Shown here in pieces: positions 40,501 through 54,623 of a stretch of 64,000 nt of DNA. The stretch is from Schmidtea polychroa (Eukaryota). Under the pieces are notes generated by a model, which saw only the letters and a program-made list of their open reading frames with translations, was not told where the DNA came from and ran no database searches. Every line of letters starts with the position of its first letter. Within the stretch, counting starts at the first letter, position 1. The DNA lies in NCBI GenBank assembly GCA_044892525.1, contig CM097885.1, positions 42,038,001 through 42,102,000 on the forward strand, in the 5' to 3' direction. Made by a program: the position numbers and the translations under genes.

Positions 40501-41140
40501 AATTGGGTTCAATCTTTTTCATTGACTTGAGTGTTTGAAAATGAATGTAGTTACCATTAGAAATTTGTTTGTTCCACAAGTTCAGCTTGATTTTGAATGA
40601 TTTGATGTGATCATACATTTGAGTTATGATCAAATCTTTTCCTTGCAGTTTTGTATTCAGATCATTCAAGTGATCTGTAATATCAGTTAGAAAAGCAAGA
40701 TTGCTGATGAAAATTGAGTCTGTGAGTTCTGGTACTTCTTTGTTTTTTATTTTCACGAATGAGTCGATCTCATCCAAAAGATTAAAAAATCTTCTTAAAA
40801 CCTTTCCATGACTGAACCACCTTACCTCAGTGTGATATAGAAGTTCACTATTTTGGTTTTCACTGGTAAGAAGGAAAGAAGAAAATTGCCGGTGGTTTAG
40901 ACCTCTTGAACTAATAAAATTAACTGTTTTTACCACAATTTCCATTACTTCTTTCATTTTAATATTTTTTCCACACAGAGTTTCTTGATGAAAAATGCAA
41001 TGAATGCTGGTAAAGTTGTTGCCATGAGGACTGAGAATTTGAAGTTTGTTTTTAAATAGATCAACAACTCCGACTTTTCTGAAATCATTGCTGGAGCACC
41101 ATCTGTTGCAAGATTAACTAATTTAGACCAAGGTAGTCTT
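40499..41140 (-). pseudogene. hAT (Buster/Charlie, GTF2IRD2-like) transposase fragment
   Basis: ATDGAPAM, HCIFHQE, VNFISSRGLNHRQF, LLYHTEVRW, LAFLTDI..LNDLNTKLQG. Confidence 0.9.
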
Positions 41141-41901
41141 CGTGGGCCGTGTGTTCGAGGCGCCTGGTTTAGTGGAAGGTTGTCAGTTCGGACAAAAACC
41201 AATTCATAACAAATATGCGTATTCTGTCGATTTACCAGACCAAAACAAAAAATCATTTAAATAACTTCAAATTATTGGTTATTCTTGATCGGATTGGTTT
41301 ATTGTCAAAATAATTGAGCTAAATTAATCTTTAACGAAATGGAAGAACGACAGTCTGGATTCCTTTAGTTTAAGATGGGAATTCTTATATTTAATCCGCG
41401 ATCCGTCGCTAATAATTTCAAAATTTAAAATTTTCTCTCACTTTACAACTTACGCATACGTCAACACCCTGCATCTAGTTTTGCTTCCAGAACGTACTAA
41501 TACTGTTAATGCAAGTTAGTTGCGTGTTTGATTTTGTGTGGTGTGTACGTTATTATGCCTTGTTACTGTGAATGGCAGTAGAGTTTAATTTGTAATAATG
41601 TGTTTATAAATATAATTTATAAATATATTTTAAGTACTTAAGTCATTTTTTATCTAAATAGCATCATCTTCTACATTTGTAATAAGGCTTACATCACTTA
41701 GTCATAATGACCAAAACGCGACGACTCTCGTAAAATTTCAATATGCGACCGATCCCGGTTTATCAACAAGCAAAGTGCTTACTCTGGTTTTTCAAATTTT
41801 GAATTGTTTAAAATCAAATAATATAATGAATTAGCATAAGCTATCTTTAAAATGACTGACTTTCTGTTTCACTGAAGCGGTATTTATACACATCGCATAT
41901 G

Positions 41902-42267
41902 CAGTGGCGTACCTAGAGTTCTTGGCGCCCGGGGGCAGGGATATTTTTGGCGTCCTGGGCTTACTATAAAAAATTTTTTGTGATATTAAAATAGAAATAT
42001 GTAAAAACGCCAAATATAAAATGCATATTAATAAATTCTAAAATAATATTTTAAAAAAATATAAAATATAAAATATAAAAATATAACAAAACTAAAAAAA
42101 ACTGGAAAACAGAAAAATAAAATCCCTTTTTCATCGTTTATTTTAAAAAATTTTCAATGCTTGGCTATATTTATATATTTTATATATATTGCTTTCAATC
42201 CGGCTCCCCAAAAATTGTGGCGCCCGGGGCAACTGTCACCACTCGCCGCCACTTCGCTACGCCACTG
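41902..42267. mobile_element. hAT-type MITE (366 bp)
   Basis: TIRs CAGTGGCGTA / TACGCCACTG; perfect 8 bp TSD CGCATATG; subterminal GGCGCCCGGGG motifs. Confidence 0.92.
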
Positions 42268-42834
42268 CGCATATGTATGTCTTTCTGTGTGCTTTTTTCA
42301 TGCAGTGTTACAAATCCTAATTTTTAATATTTTTATTCAACTTAGGTAACTTTTTCTTATTTTTAATTTATTTTTCTGGATTTTTTTTTGTCGTTTTCTT
42401 TTTTGTCGTTTTCTTTTTGATTTATTAGTAATTTATTTTTAAATGGCAATATGTACTTTTTCTTATTTTATGATTTTCTTCAGATAACTTTAATTTATTT
42501 CCTATTATTTACCACCACCATAATGAATTTGAATTCGTCTTCTTTCCTCTTTATTTTAGGTGTTTTTGTATGTTTAATCTTCTATTTTAATTGAACTTGA
42601 TGTTTATTTACTCTGTTGTGTTACTGTTGCAGTAAAACAAACTCATTTTAAAATTATGATAAATAGTTTTATAAGATTTTATATCAACCCTTCAATTATA
42701 AATAACTTATAATAACAATTATCAATTGATGCCTCCAAAAAATCTTATTGTTATGATTTAATTAATTTAATTACTTATTTCGTTTGTCTTTGTTTTGTTG
42801 TATCATAAAGAAAATTTGATAAGTTATACGTAGA

Positions 42835-42876
42835 CCAATAATCTCAAACCACAATAACCAATAACCCTTTTACACG
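42835..42876 (+). promoter_or_regulatory. Two tandem ER-stress-response-element-like sites
   Basis: CCAAT-N9-CCACA (42835-42853) and CCAAT-N9-ACACG (42858-42876) versus the ERSE consensus CCAAT-N9-CCACG, directly upstream of BiP. Confidence 0.7.
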
Positions 42877-42887
42877 ACTTTAAAATT

Positions 42888-44966
42888 ATGATGTTAATTA
42901 AAGTAATTTAATACTAAAATATGCATAAATTAAATTTATTTTAGAATTTTATTTGTTTAATACTCAGTATTAATGTCTTCATCGCTTACGCAACCGAAAA
43001 CAAAAAAGATAACGAAAGTCCGAAGGATGACTATGGTACGGTTATTGGAATAGATCTTGGTACAACATATTCATGGTATATATTAATTTGTTGTATAAAT
43101 TAATCAATCTCATTTGGTTGCAGTGTTGGAGTTTTCAAGTCTGGTCGAGTAGAAATAATTGCCAATGACCAGGGAAACAGAATCACCCCTTCTTATGTTG
43201 CATTTACGCAGGAAAGTGAACGTTTGATTGGAGACGCTGCAAAAAATCAACTGACCTCCAATCCCGAGAATACAATTTTTGATGTGAAAAGATTTATTGG
43301 GAGAGGATTTGATGATGAAACTGTGAAAAATGATATTAAAAATTATCCTTTTTTGGTTATCAATAAAAATAATAAACCCCATGTTCAAGTAAAAGTTGGA
43401 GATGAAAATCGAATATTTGCTCCAGAAGAAATTTCAGCAATGGTTCTTGGGAAAATGAAAGAAATTGCAGAATCTTATTTGGGTAAAAAGGTTACGCATG
43501 CTGTTGTTACTGTTCCAGCTTATTTTAATGACGCTCAGCGACAAGCAACAAAAGATGCTGGTACCATTTCTGGTTTAAACGTATTGCGAATTATTAATGA
43601 GCCTACGGCTGCAGCAATCGCATATGGTTTAGACAAAAGGGAAGGCGAGAAAAATATCTTAGTTTTTGATTTGGGTGGAGGGACATTTGATGTTTCGTTA
43701 TTAACAATAGATAATGGAGTTTTCGAAGTCGTAGCTACAAATGGTGATACTCACTTAGGAGGAGAAGATTTTGATCAAAGAGTAATGGATTATTTTATAA
43801 AATTGTACAGGAAAAAACATGGAAAGGATGTTAGAAAAGATAATAGAGCTGTTCAAAAATTGAGACGGGAAGTTGAAAAAGCTAAGAGATCGTTGAGTAA
43901 TTCTCATAGCGCCAGAATTGATATTGAATCTTTTTATGATGGAGACGATTTTTCTGAAACATTAACCCGCGCAAGATTTGAGGAATTAAACATGGATTTG
44001 TTTAAAAATACCATGAAACCAGTTGAAAAGGTTTTGCAAGATTCAGATTTAAGAAAGGAAGATGTAAGTGAGATAGTCCTTGTTGGAGGATCAACAAGAA
44101 TTCCGAAGATACAGCAGTTAGTTAAAGAATTTTTTGATGGAAAAGAACCAAGTAGAGGAATAAATCCAGATGAAGCAGTTGCATTTGGTGCTGCAGTTCA
44201 AGCAGGTGTCATTGGGGGAGCCGAAGAGACTGGAGATCTAGTACTCTTAGACGTATGTCCTTTGACATTAGGAATAGAAACTGTTGGCGCAGTGATGACC
44301 AAACTCATTCCGCGGAATACTGTGATTCCTACAAAAAAGTCTCAGATATTTTCCACCGCAGCAGATAATCAACCAACAGTTACAATACAAGTTTATGAAG
44401 GTGAACGACCAATGACTAAAGATAATCACTTTTTAGGAAAGTTTGATCTAACAGGAATTCCGGCCGCTCCGCGAGGAGTGCCCCAAATTGAGGTTACTTT
44501 TGAAATCGATGTAAATGGCATATTAAAAGTTTCTGCTGAAGACAAAGGTACTGGTAATAAAAACAAAATTGTTATTAATAAAGATCAAAATCGATTGAGT
44601 CCAGAAAATATTGAGAAAATGATAAATGATGCAGAAAAATTTGCAGAATCAGATAAAAAACTTAAAGATAAAGTGGAAGCCAAGAATGAATTAGAAGGCT
44701 ATGCGTATTCTTTAAAAACTCAAGTTAATGACAAAACTAAGTTGGGTGGTAAACTTTCAGCAGATGAGCAAAAGATTATTCTTGATGCAGCCCAAGAAAC
44801 TATTTCGTGGTTAGAAAAAAATCCTCAAGCTGAAGTTGAAGAATTAAAAAAAGAAAAAAAGAAATTAGAAGACATAGCCCAGCCAATCGTTAGTAAATTT
44901 TATCAACAAGAAGGTAAAGGCACAGAAACTCCTGACAGTACCAAAGAAAGCAAAGAAGAGTTATGA
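42888..44966 (+). CDS. HSPA5: ER chaperone BiP/GRP78 (Hsp70); exons 42888-42902, 42945-43075, 43124-44966
   Basis: Signal peptide [52 protein letters not shown] and C-terminal KEEL; GT-AG introns of 42 and 48 nt. Confidence 0.96.
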
Positions 44967-46239
44967 TAAAACAATTTTTGAAGTTAAATTCCTTGTTATA
45001 ATGTATTGATGTTTATTTTCTATTTATGTTTGTGTTATAAATAAATAAATGACAAACAGTATTTTACATGTGTCTCTATTTTTCTATATAATTATTAATG
45101 ATACAATTTAAAAGTAAAATTATGGCTTTAAGCTGGATACAAACAGTGTTTGTTTAAATTATAAAATACTTAATTTTTCAACAAAACGAATACGAAAAGT
45201 TTTAAAATAACATTTTTTCATGAATGAAATGATGTCAAAAGTCAACCGGAACATTCTTAAATATATTTTAGTTACAACCTACAAATAATATTTTATTCGA
45301 CCTATCGGACAACTGTGAAAGGTTTTGCCCCATTTGTACGTCACACTGTAATGATAAGCTAAGGTGAAATCCCATACCTTGTAATTGTGGGATTTAGTTC
45401 TTTCTAGTGACAATAGTAGTGATACATATGAAAAATATTTAAAATGTCTATCAAAAAGCTGAAACCCAAATTGATGGATTTGTTCCAGTTTCTCGGTAAT
45501 GGAAGGGTTTTCTCGTTCTTTCATCTCTATTTCGAAATAGGATGTTAATGTACTGCATATCTCATACATAAGTCTTTATTTGTATGTTCACATCATAGGC
45601 AAATTCTTTATTTTATTAGAATAATCGAAATCTATGTTTTAGCTCCATCGTCTTTGATGATATTATTGGGTTTTTATGAAGGTTTTTATTTCTGACTCAA
45701 TGTATTAATTATCAATATCACAATTGTATAAGATCTTCAATCTTTTTTTGAATTACAGTTGAAACGTTTAATTTCCCTGAGACCATTCCTCCAATTTGCA
45801 ATGGATATTATTGATGATGCTCAACTGAATGGCGTTAAAATTAATAATGTTCATTATTATAAAGCTGAACATCGCTGCACCGCCCCTAGAGTTTAACTAC
45901 TCGTCGTTGTAGATCTTCCACTTGTTTTAGTGCGTTCTATTTGTCGGTTCTCGTATTTTCCATCAGTTGTATCACTAAATGAAGGAGTTAGATTGAATTT
46001 AAAATTTTTTCTATGTTTATATTAAACTAATTTCGAAGATAAGGACGCTTTACTCGTAGTACCTTATGTACTATCATGTATCGCTATTGACAATAGCATC
46101 TAGTTTCATTATCTAGTATCATTACTGCTATAACTTTAACTTATTATAATTATCTAAGTTAAAGTTTCCGTGCTTCTACACCATCACCTCACAGTTATTC
46201 CTCGCATCATCTATACAACCGTACAGATAGAGAGAAAAA

Positions 46240-47003
46240 TCGACTATGAAGTCAGCAAAGAATCGAGCAGATGCCCTTACGCGTGTTACAGCGAAATGGC
46301 TGAAACCTAGGAATTATTTCTGATGTGTAGGACTGTCAACAAAGCAAATAAAGAACGGCCATTGCAAACGCCATTCCGACCTGGAAAAATCAATCTACAT
46401 CATTCAATTGGAAAATCCGGAAACCGATCGAGACAGCATAAAAGAGTTCTTGAGAAACTGCATAAAATGTAGGTCGATCGACCCATTCACCGATTAAATG
46501 GAAGCGAGGAACACTGGAAGTCACGGAAAACTGGAAGCGACTAGCGGTTGACGTCACGCACTACGAGGAATCAACATTTATGACCAGCATATTTGCAAAC
46601 TGGAGGAAAATAGACCGGGAGGACGCGCCGAACATTGTAAGAAATTTGGAGGAAGTATTCCGAGTGAGAGGCCCAGTATCAGATCTATTGATGGATAATG
46701 GGGCAAGTTTTCAATCTAATTCCCTCAGAGAGCTGTGTTGTAGATGGAATTTTAAACCAACCTACAGATGCGCTTATCGGCACGTTGGAAATGGGGTCGT
46801 AGAAAGACGCCACCTGACAATAAAGTGTCATGCCGACAGGAGTCATGCAGATCCCCCAGATATCGTTTTTGGTACAACGCCGCATCTAGAGATGACATCA
46901 GTCAGGACACAGCCCCGTCCGAAAGGTTGTTCAAGTATCATAGGAGATTTTTTCCGAGGAAAAGAAGAACACTCAGAAAGTGTGAATATGCAACTGAGCA
47001 AAG
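46240..47003 (+). pseudogene. Gypsy-type pol remnant (RNase H end and integrase), cut by the LTR A insertion
   Basis: NRADALTRV, CIKCRSIDP, WKRLAVDVTH, LLMDNGASF, AYRHVGNGVVERRHLTIK, WYN. Confidence 0.85.
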
Positions 47004-50000
47004 TGGTGGGTTACTGATGATCAAATATTTTGTTCTTTAGTGCTGTTTCCAGCGTAACCCAGAATACAACATTGTTTACCGCTTGATACCCGTTGAACGA
47101 TCAACGTTGGTACTGTATCAAGAGGGTGAGTACTCGCAAAAAGTGAGCGCACTACTTGCACTGTAATTGTCGAGCACTCTAATGGGTTCACGGACTATCG
47201 TTAGAAGATGTATGTCCGATTTACGCAGGTCCCTTATTATAATCACTTCCTCAACTATGCCTATACAAACTTTCTATCCTCAAACGATCATAAGTCATCA
47301 GGAATCATACATTACTCTATTAAAGCCTGTTCATACAACACCACATCTAAAATGTTTGAATATAAATTAAGTGAAACATAACCATAGTTTATTAAACAAA
47401 CCTCAAGAAATTTTTGAGACTAATGAATTTAATTAGAAAATAAAAAAAAAACTTAATAAACTGAAACAATAGAAATGATAAAGCTAACATGCATTCCCCA
47501 CGATAACCTGATCAAAAGAGAATTTCAATTTAGTTAAGTTAACTTACAACCTATTTTAACATAATCCAAATATCACTTGTAAATTATGGGTAATATTAAT
47601 ATATGAAGTTTAGATTCATTACAATCATAAAAGTTCTTATGAAGAGTAAATAATTCTAATCTACTTAAATTTTCAATTTATAATATTCCTCAAATGACCA
47701 AACTAACTCCGTAATATACTTGAATTCATTATGTTAAAATACTAGAACAAGTTGGTAACTAATAATTTAAATAAAGTAATGGAATTTTGATTTCATTATT
47801 ACTTTTTGTTTTGTTAAAGTTATTTAACATTATTTAAATTTTCGTTGTTTTATTATAGTAATTATAATTAATGTTAAATAACAAATTTTGAATAAATATA
47901 TGATTTTAGTTAATTTTGATATAATAATGTAAATAAATTAAAATTTTAAGCATTTATATCCTAAAATTTCATAATATTTCAGGAATATCAGCAGTCGGCC
48001 GAATCTCCGAACAATTACTATTGATCAATAATGTATTATGACATCTCGAATGAGCAAAGATCGTTTGACAACACCAATGAGAAAATTGTAATTAACTTCC
48101 TTAATTTAATTAATTAACTTCATTAATTTCCTTAGCAATCGAGTTGATAATAATTCAGTGAGGTACGAAGGTTTGATTGCCCCAAGGTCAGTTCCACCAA
48201 CTAATCTTCCTGGCGGAATTATCTGACAATGACTACTCAAAAAGAGATGCAAGGAATATAGTTGGCCATCCAACAATATTACGTCAAATCAATATGTAAG
48301 TCATTGAACCAAAAGGAACGAAGCAGAAAATAAGGAATTACCCAGAAGTCTTCCAACTCCAGGAAATGTATTTCATTGGGATGGTCCATCAACCGTGCTC
48401 GAAGGACCTTGGTATAACTATGATTCAAAGAAACAATTATATGAATAAAGTTGATGATCGAAATCAATAAACTTAGTCTTTGTTTTTCTTTTTCCTTTTT
48501 TTGATCTAGTTAAAAATAAATTTAGTCTCTTTTGATTTAGTTAAAAATAAATCCAATAATTCTAATAAATCAATAAATGATTCTACTAAATTACTTCAGT
48601 AAACTACTCTAACCTCGCTCCATCACCTTAAGGGGGTTGTGACCATCACATAACAGGGGTCTTGAGGGGGAAGGTTATCGTATTTTTATAAGGTTGCTTT
48701 ATAAATCTGTATGTACATACACACACACCTATATATATATATATACACACACACACATATATATATATACATATACATATACACACATACCTATATATGG
48801 ATATAATTTAAATTAATAATATTGATGTCGTTTTCAGGGGGGAGGGGTGTTACTAAAAATAGATTTTCGTGATTTTCCGTAATTTTATTGGAAGATAGGG
48901 CCATCGAGACTAAATTTAGAGATAGGGGAATCCCAAAATCAATAATCGATTTTATAATTTTATTTTTTGAAATAAAGATAATTATTTTAATGATATAATA
49001 ATAATAGTAATGATAATAGTAATAATAATGATAAGAGTGGTAATGTTAATGGTAATAATACTAATAATAATCATAATAGTAATAATAATAATAATAATAT
49101 TAATAACGATAATAATAATAATGTTAATAATAATAATAAATGTAAGTTTATATTTTTACAAGATTCCCACATATAGGGGGTATCATTTACGAAAAATTAT
49201 GGAATTATTTTTTTTGGTTTGGTTTGAAATATAATTTAACTCTATACGAAGATGATATAATTCGGTATACCTAAGGAATAGTTAATGGCTACATGATTTG
49301 AAGGGGGGTCATTTATGAAAATTTTCAATTTATATTTTAAAATATAATATAAGTTAAATATATATTAAGATAAGTTAATTTAGTATGCTTAGGTGATGGG
49401 TAATGACTGTATGATTTTGAGGGGGGTCATTCATAAAAAAATATACAATTTATATTTTTAAATATAATATAAGTTACATATATATTAAGATAAGTTAATT
49501 TAGTATGCTTAGGTGATGGGTAATGACTGTATGATTTTGAGGGGGGTCATTCATAAAAATTTATACAATTTATATTTTTAAATATAATATAAGTTAAATA
49601 TATATTAAGATAAGTTAATTTAGTATATTTAGGTGGTAGTTGATGACTATATGGTTTGTGGGGGGGTCTTTGATGAAAATTTTTCAACTATAATTTTAAA
49701 GGTAATCTAAGTTAAGAATATATATTAAATAGTCTAAATTAGTGTATCAGGTAGTGGTTAATGGTTATATGAATTAAGGGGGGGGGGGGGTCATTTATCA
49801 AAATTTTCCAAATTTATATCGTAAAGATAATGTATTAATGTATTTAGACAATGATTAATGGTTAGGTGATCTGAGGAATTATTAAGTTTGATAACTGCAC
49901 ATATATAAGTTAATTTATTGTTATATATATTGTTCTCGACTAATGTATAGTTTGAGGGGGGTACTCACGAAAAAGCTAAGTTATACTTTTATAAGTTTCA

Positions 50001-52679
50001 AATGTACATATATAAGTTAGATTATGAATCTGGACATTTGTTTCGACCATTACGTAACTTGGGGGGGGGGGTATTTATAAAATATTTACAACTTTTTATG
50101 GATTATATTTTTATCGCTAACGTAGTTTATATTTTATACTTTTATGACCAAATTAAGATTATAATTTATAGTCTTTCAGCTAATATAAGTTTATAATTTA
50201 TAATTTTATAAAATTAAATTTATAGTTTATGTTTTTAAAGCTAATATAATTTTATAATTTATACTTTTGAGTTTATAATTTATATTTTATGAAGTTAAGT
50301 TAAATTTATAGTTTATATTTTAAAGCTTATATAATTTTATAATTTATATTTTTATGAAGTTAAATTTATAGTTTATATTTTAAAGCTAATACAATTTTAT
50401 AATTTATATTTTTATGAAGTTAAATTTATAGTTTATATTTTAGAGCCCATATAATTTTATAATTTATACTTTTAAGTTTATAATTTATTTTTGGTGAAGT
50501 TCAATTTATAGTTTATATTTCCAAAGCTAATATAATTTTATAATTTATATTTTTATGAAGTTAAGATTATAATTGATACTTTTATAATTAACTTAGAGTT
50601 ATAATTTATAATTTTTATCGTCAATACAAATTTGTAATTTATAATTTCAAGAAATTAAATTTATAATTTATACCTTTATAACTAATCATAATTTATATTT
50701 TGAAGAAATTAAATCTATAAGTATAATTCACATTTTTATGAAATTGAGAGGATAATTTATACTGTTATGGGTTTACGATTTGAATTTTTATAGTTAGTTT
50801 AGAGTCTATTCAATTTAAAATCCAAGTCTTGCTGATGCGCATGTCGAACACCTTTATGAATACTATCACTACTAAATCAATCATTTTTAAACAATCTTTA
50901 CTTTACACTATTACTAGAAAATTTATTTAAGACATTTATAAATCTAGATTCGACAAACGTATAGGTAGAGTTGGTTCTTGATGATATTTAACCGTCTACA
51001 TTAATTGTGAATTGTAGAGTTGTGATTAATTTAGGTCTGAGATCTACTCTGTTTATTAACCTTAGTGTATTGTATTGTGATGATTTTGGATGTAGATTTT
51101 AACTATGTAAGTTATTCATGTATTGAAAGTCGGGAAGAGTGTTTGCTTTCGCGGCCCCACTGTGACCACTACGACAAACCTTACTGTTGTGTGGTAAGTC
51201 AACCCTTTACGGCTGACCTATAATAAATAGGTAGAGTCAGACGGAGGATTTCATCGACTTAACTCCATGGCAGAACCATGAAGTGGTGCGACCTCCGAAT
51301 GACCTGAACAAACAAAAAAAAACCCAATAATATTGATAAGTGCGTGCCAGGCAGTGGCCTGCAATCATTGTAGGCTGTTTACTCATCGATGATAAAGTGC
51401 ATAGGTGCAGGGTTGGCTGGGATCTCGCTTCAAAATCAATGATAACCGACGATCTCACTCAAACCTACATTTCTATAGTTAAAAAGAAATAATGAAAACA
51501 AGGTTTCAATAATAATAATTTATAATTCACAATGAAATCGTCCTTACCTACAATCTCAGAAAAATCAAAACCAAAAATTTGGCATAAGAGTAAAAATATT
51601 CATTTGCATTTTTTCCTTTCTTTAAAAGTGACGAAATGTGTTAGTTTATATAGCCTCTGTTTGACGTGTAAGTATACATGCGTGCATTGATGCAGTAAAA
51701 CAAATTCAGATTATTTTAATTCTCGAACATTCGATTTTTAATTTTTATCGATTTTGATGGCGATTTTTCAGTAAGAATTTTTGTTTTTATTTTTGAAATT
51801 TTATTTTCGAATTATTTTTTATTAAATTTGCCTCCATGATAGATTTCAGCATTTCCAGAACAGTAAATGCTAAATTTAATCTATTTCTTATTTTTAAATT
51901 GTTTTTTATGATTTCTTTTCTAAAATATTTATTTTTTAAACTAAAATATTTATTTTTTATAAATTTTATTGGGTCGTTTGGCCGTCATGATGGATTTCGC
52001 CATTTTTATGAATTGTTCTGGATTTTTATTCAAAATATCGATATAATTTTCTTTACGTAAGATTTTATGAAGATTTTCTTTAATTTTCTTTTTTAATTTT
52101 TACTAATCGCCTTTATTCGAATTTGTTTTTTGTTGTTTTATGTCTTTCGGTTATATTTGAGTAAGTTTTCGTGTAATACTTCTTGCTCGTGTTTTATTTT
52201 ATTTTTAATTCAGATGTTTTATTTTTGGGTATATTATCTCTCTATTATCATTGTTTACTTGGTGTTTTATATATTTTTATTTAAGTAAACTTAATGCTGG
52301 GTATGCGTGTTGTGTACTGACACATTTCGTCCCATTCCCAACTTTGGGTCTAGAAATCAGTTCTAGCCCAACATAAAACACTCGGGGGCCCATAAAATTG
52401 CGACCCGCAATTTAATCAAAAGTTCAAGATATAATTAGACAGAATTGGTTGCACTGTATTACAAGTGCCTACATGTAATTGGGTCCACGAGCTACAGGGT
52501 CGTGACCTCAATACCCACATACATAAAAAGTTTCTACTGATACGCTACATGCTACAGATTGGTTTAAAGATGAAGAGAAAGAAGACCACGGTCGGTCCAC
52601 ACAAAATTTAATTAAATTGTTATGCTCAAATAATATCAAAGTAATATATAATATTGGCATCAAATCACAATAATAGTCA

Positions 52680-52900
52680 AATCATATCATTGTCGAATCA
52701 TGTCAGGATCATTGTTAAATCACATCTAGATCATTTTCAGATCATTGTCAATCGAATCGGGATCATTTTCAACACATAAATCATTTTCAGATCATTGTCA
52801 ATTGAATCAGGATCATTGTCAACACATGATAAGAACATTGTCAATCAACTCAAGATTGTTGTCATATTATATCAGGATCATTGTCGGTTTATATCAGGAT
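52680..52900. repeat. Degenerate ATCATTGTCAA / GAATCAGGATC tandem repeats in the 3' internal region
   Basis: Multiple imperfect copies visible. Confidence 0.65.
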
Positions 52901-54509
52901 TTAAATACTTGGTTGTTCGGGATCCCATCTCGATGACGGCTCTAGATTTGAAGGTTGTAGAAGATAGATTTGATAGATTTAGTCTCTGGGTATTGGTTCT
53001 TCTATTAGAATGCGAATGCTTCGGAATTGTTCTTTCAACTTGAGTTTTTGTACTTTCATGGATTTGAGTGGGATTAAGGGCTATCAAGCTCAGTATTGTT
53101 ATTTATCATGAGATTCGCTGTTAACAGGATCGGTACTGTTATGGATTCGGGGTTTTCTTTACATTCAAATTTTTTTTCTTCTTCTGCTGCTCTTGTTTTG
53201 ATTGTCACTTCTTTCTTTAGCTCTCGTCACATGCTCACTGTTTTAATTAGTTGGATTGTATCAGTCGAGTTGAGTTCTTCTTCGAGGTTATTTGATTTAG
53301 TGTGTAGGTTTTTTTTTTTTTTTTTTTTTTTTTGACAGTTGTCATTACTCCTTTCTAGATTTCCATGAGCATCTTTATTAGGACATTTTAGTATACGAAG
53401 TCTGCGTTGAAGGTAGTTGATATTCTCATTTTTATTCCTTCTAACGTTTTGGTCATTGTCTCATGGTTCATCGGGATTTTGTTCATAGTTGTTATTATTT
53501 CCATCTATATCTCTCTCAATGTTTTTATTTTTTCATCTTGAGTAATTAGCTTTTCTTTGACTGCGTTATTTACCCTTTCCTTTATTTCTTCGAGCGTCTT
53601 TGTTTCATAGTTGCTCGGACATTCGTTGACAGTCATCATTATTTTCTGCTTTATTTCTTCTAAGATTTTTATTATTATTGTCATCTGGGGTGTGGCTGAT
53701 TCTTGCTGTGGTTCTCTCTTTAACTTCTGCTTTTCTTGTTACAAGTCGTGTAGTACCTCCATGGCATAATCTACATCCATATAGGGTTTGACGTGCTCTT
53801 ATTAATAATCTTTGTCCGCACACAATAGTCTCTCCTCGAATTCATCTGACTTGACCTAATATTTTCTTTTCAGCTCATAGTTAATAGTTTTGTTCCTCCA
53901 CTTCTCTCCACTTTCTCTCGGCATTCTGCCATGATAGCGTTTAATCTCGGAGCTTCTACTTTGGCTATAATTTTGTTTGTTTACAGGGCTACTTTCCCTT
54001 CTTTTATGTCTCTCCTGTTGAGTCCGGTTCCCCAGTTCCTGGTAGGTCGGTTATCCACTCAACTTAACTCGTGATATCATCATGCTGACGGTCTTCGCGT
54101 AATCTCCTGATTTCTCCTGTCTACCATTTTATTTGGCTTATCAACTGTTTGTTATTGTATTCTTATTGTGCGATTATTTGTTGTTGCTCTTTTATTCTTG
54201 TTACATATATCGAGTTTCTATTGATGCTCTCCATTAACGCATTCTAATTACGTAACCGATATTCATGGGTATGGTTTGTCATTTGATATTAATTCACATT
54301 GTGTTATTCACATTGATCCTGCTGACTAACTTGGTTGGTTTATCGTTGTACTTGTATCAATTTCTACTATTTATGTCTGATTAATGTTTACTAGTGGTTG
54401 ATTTCCCAATTCAACAACATGTGGTATCCTCGTTTGATATACTTGATCCTCGTTTCTCTGATTCATTTCTTATTTACAATACGTAGTTATCATACCCATT
54501 TTTTTTTTG

Positions 54510-54547
<38 letters not shown>

Positions 54548-54623
54548 AACATATTACTAATCTACTAAACTACTTTTACCCTCACGTTTATATACACACT
54601 ATTTACATCGACTCATCACTTTC

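Noticed and set aside
45279..45569. 96 aa ORF convergent with BiP
   Set aside because: No recognisable domain or clear splice structure; the upstream frame is full of stops.
47010..47060. Hammerhead ribozyme suggested by CTGATGA at the LTR end
   Set aside because: No GAAA after a stem II and no matching cleavage triplet; the motif is also antisense to the element.
53760..53830. C2-domain-like VRTKIINKSTSNPIW peptide
   Set aside because: Too short, followed by a stop, and no other C2 features; likely chance.
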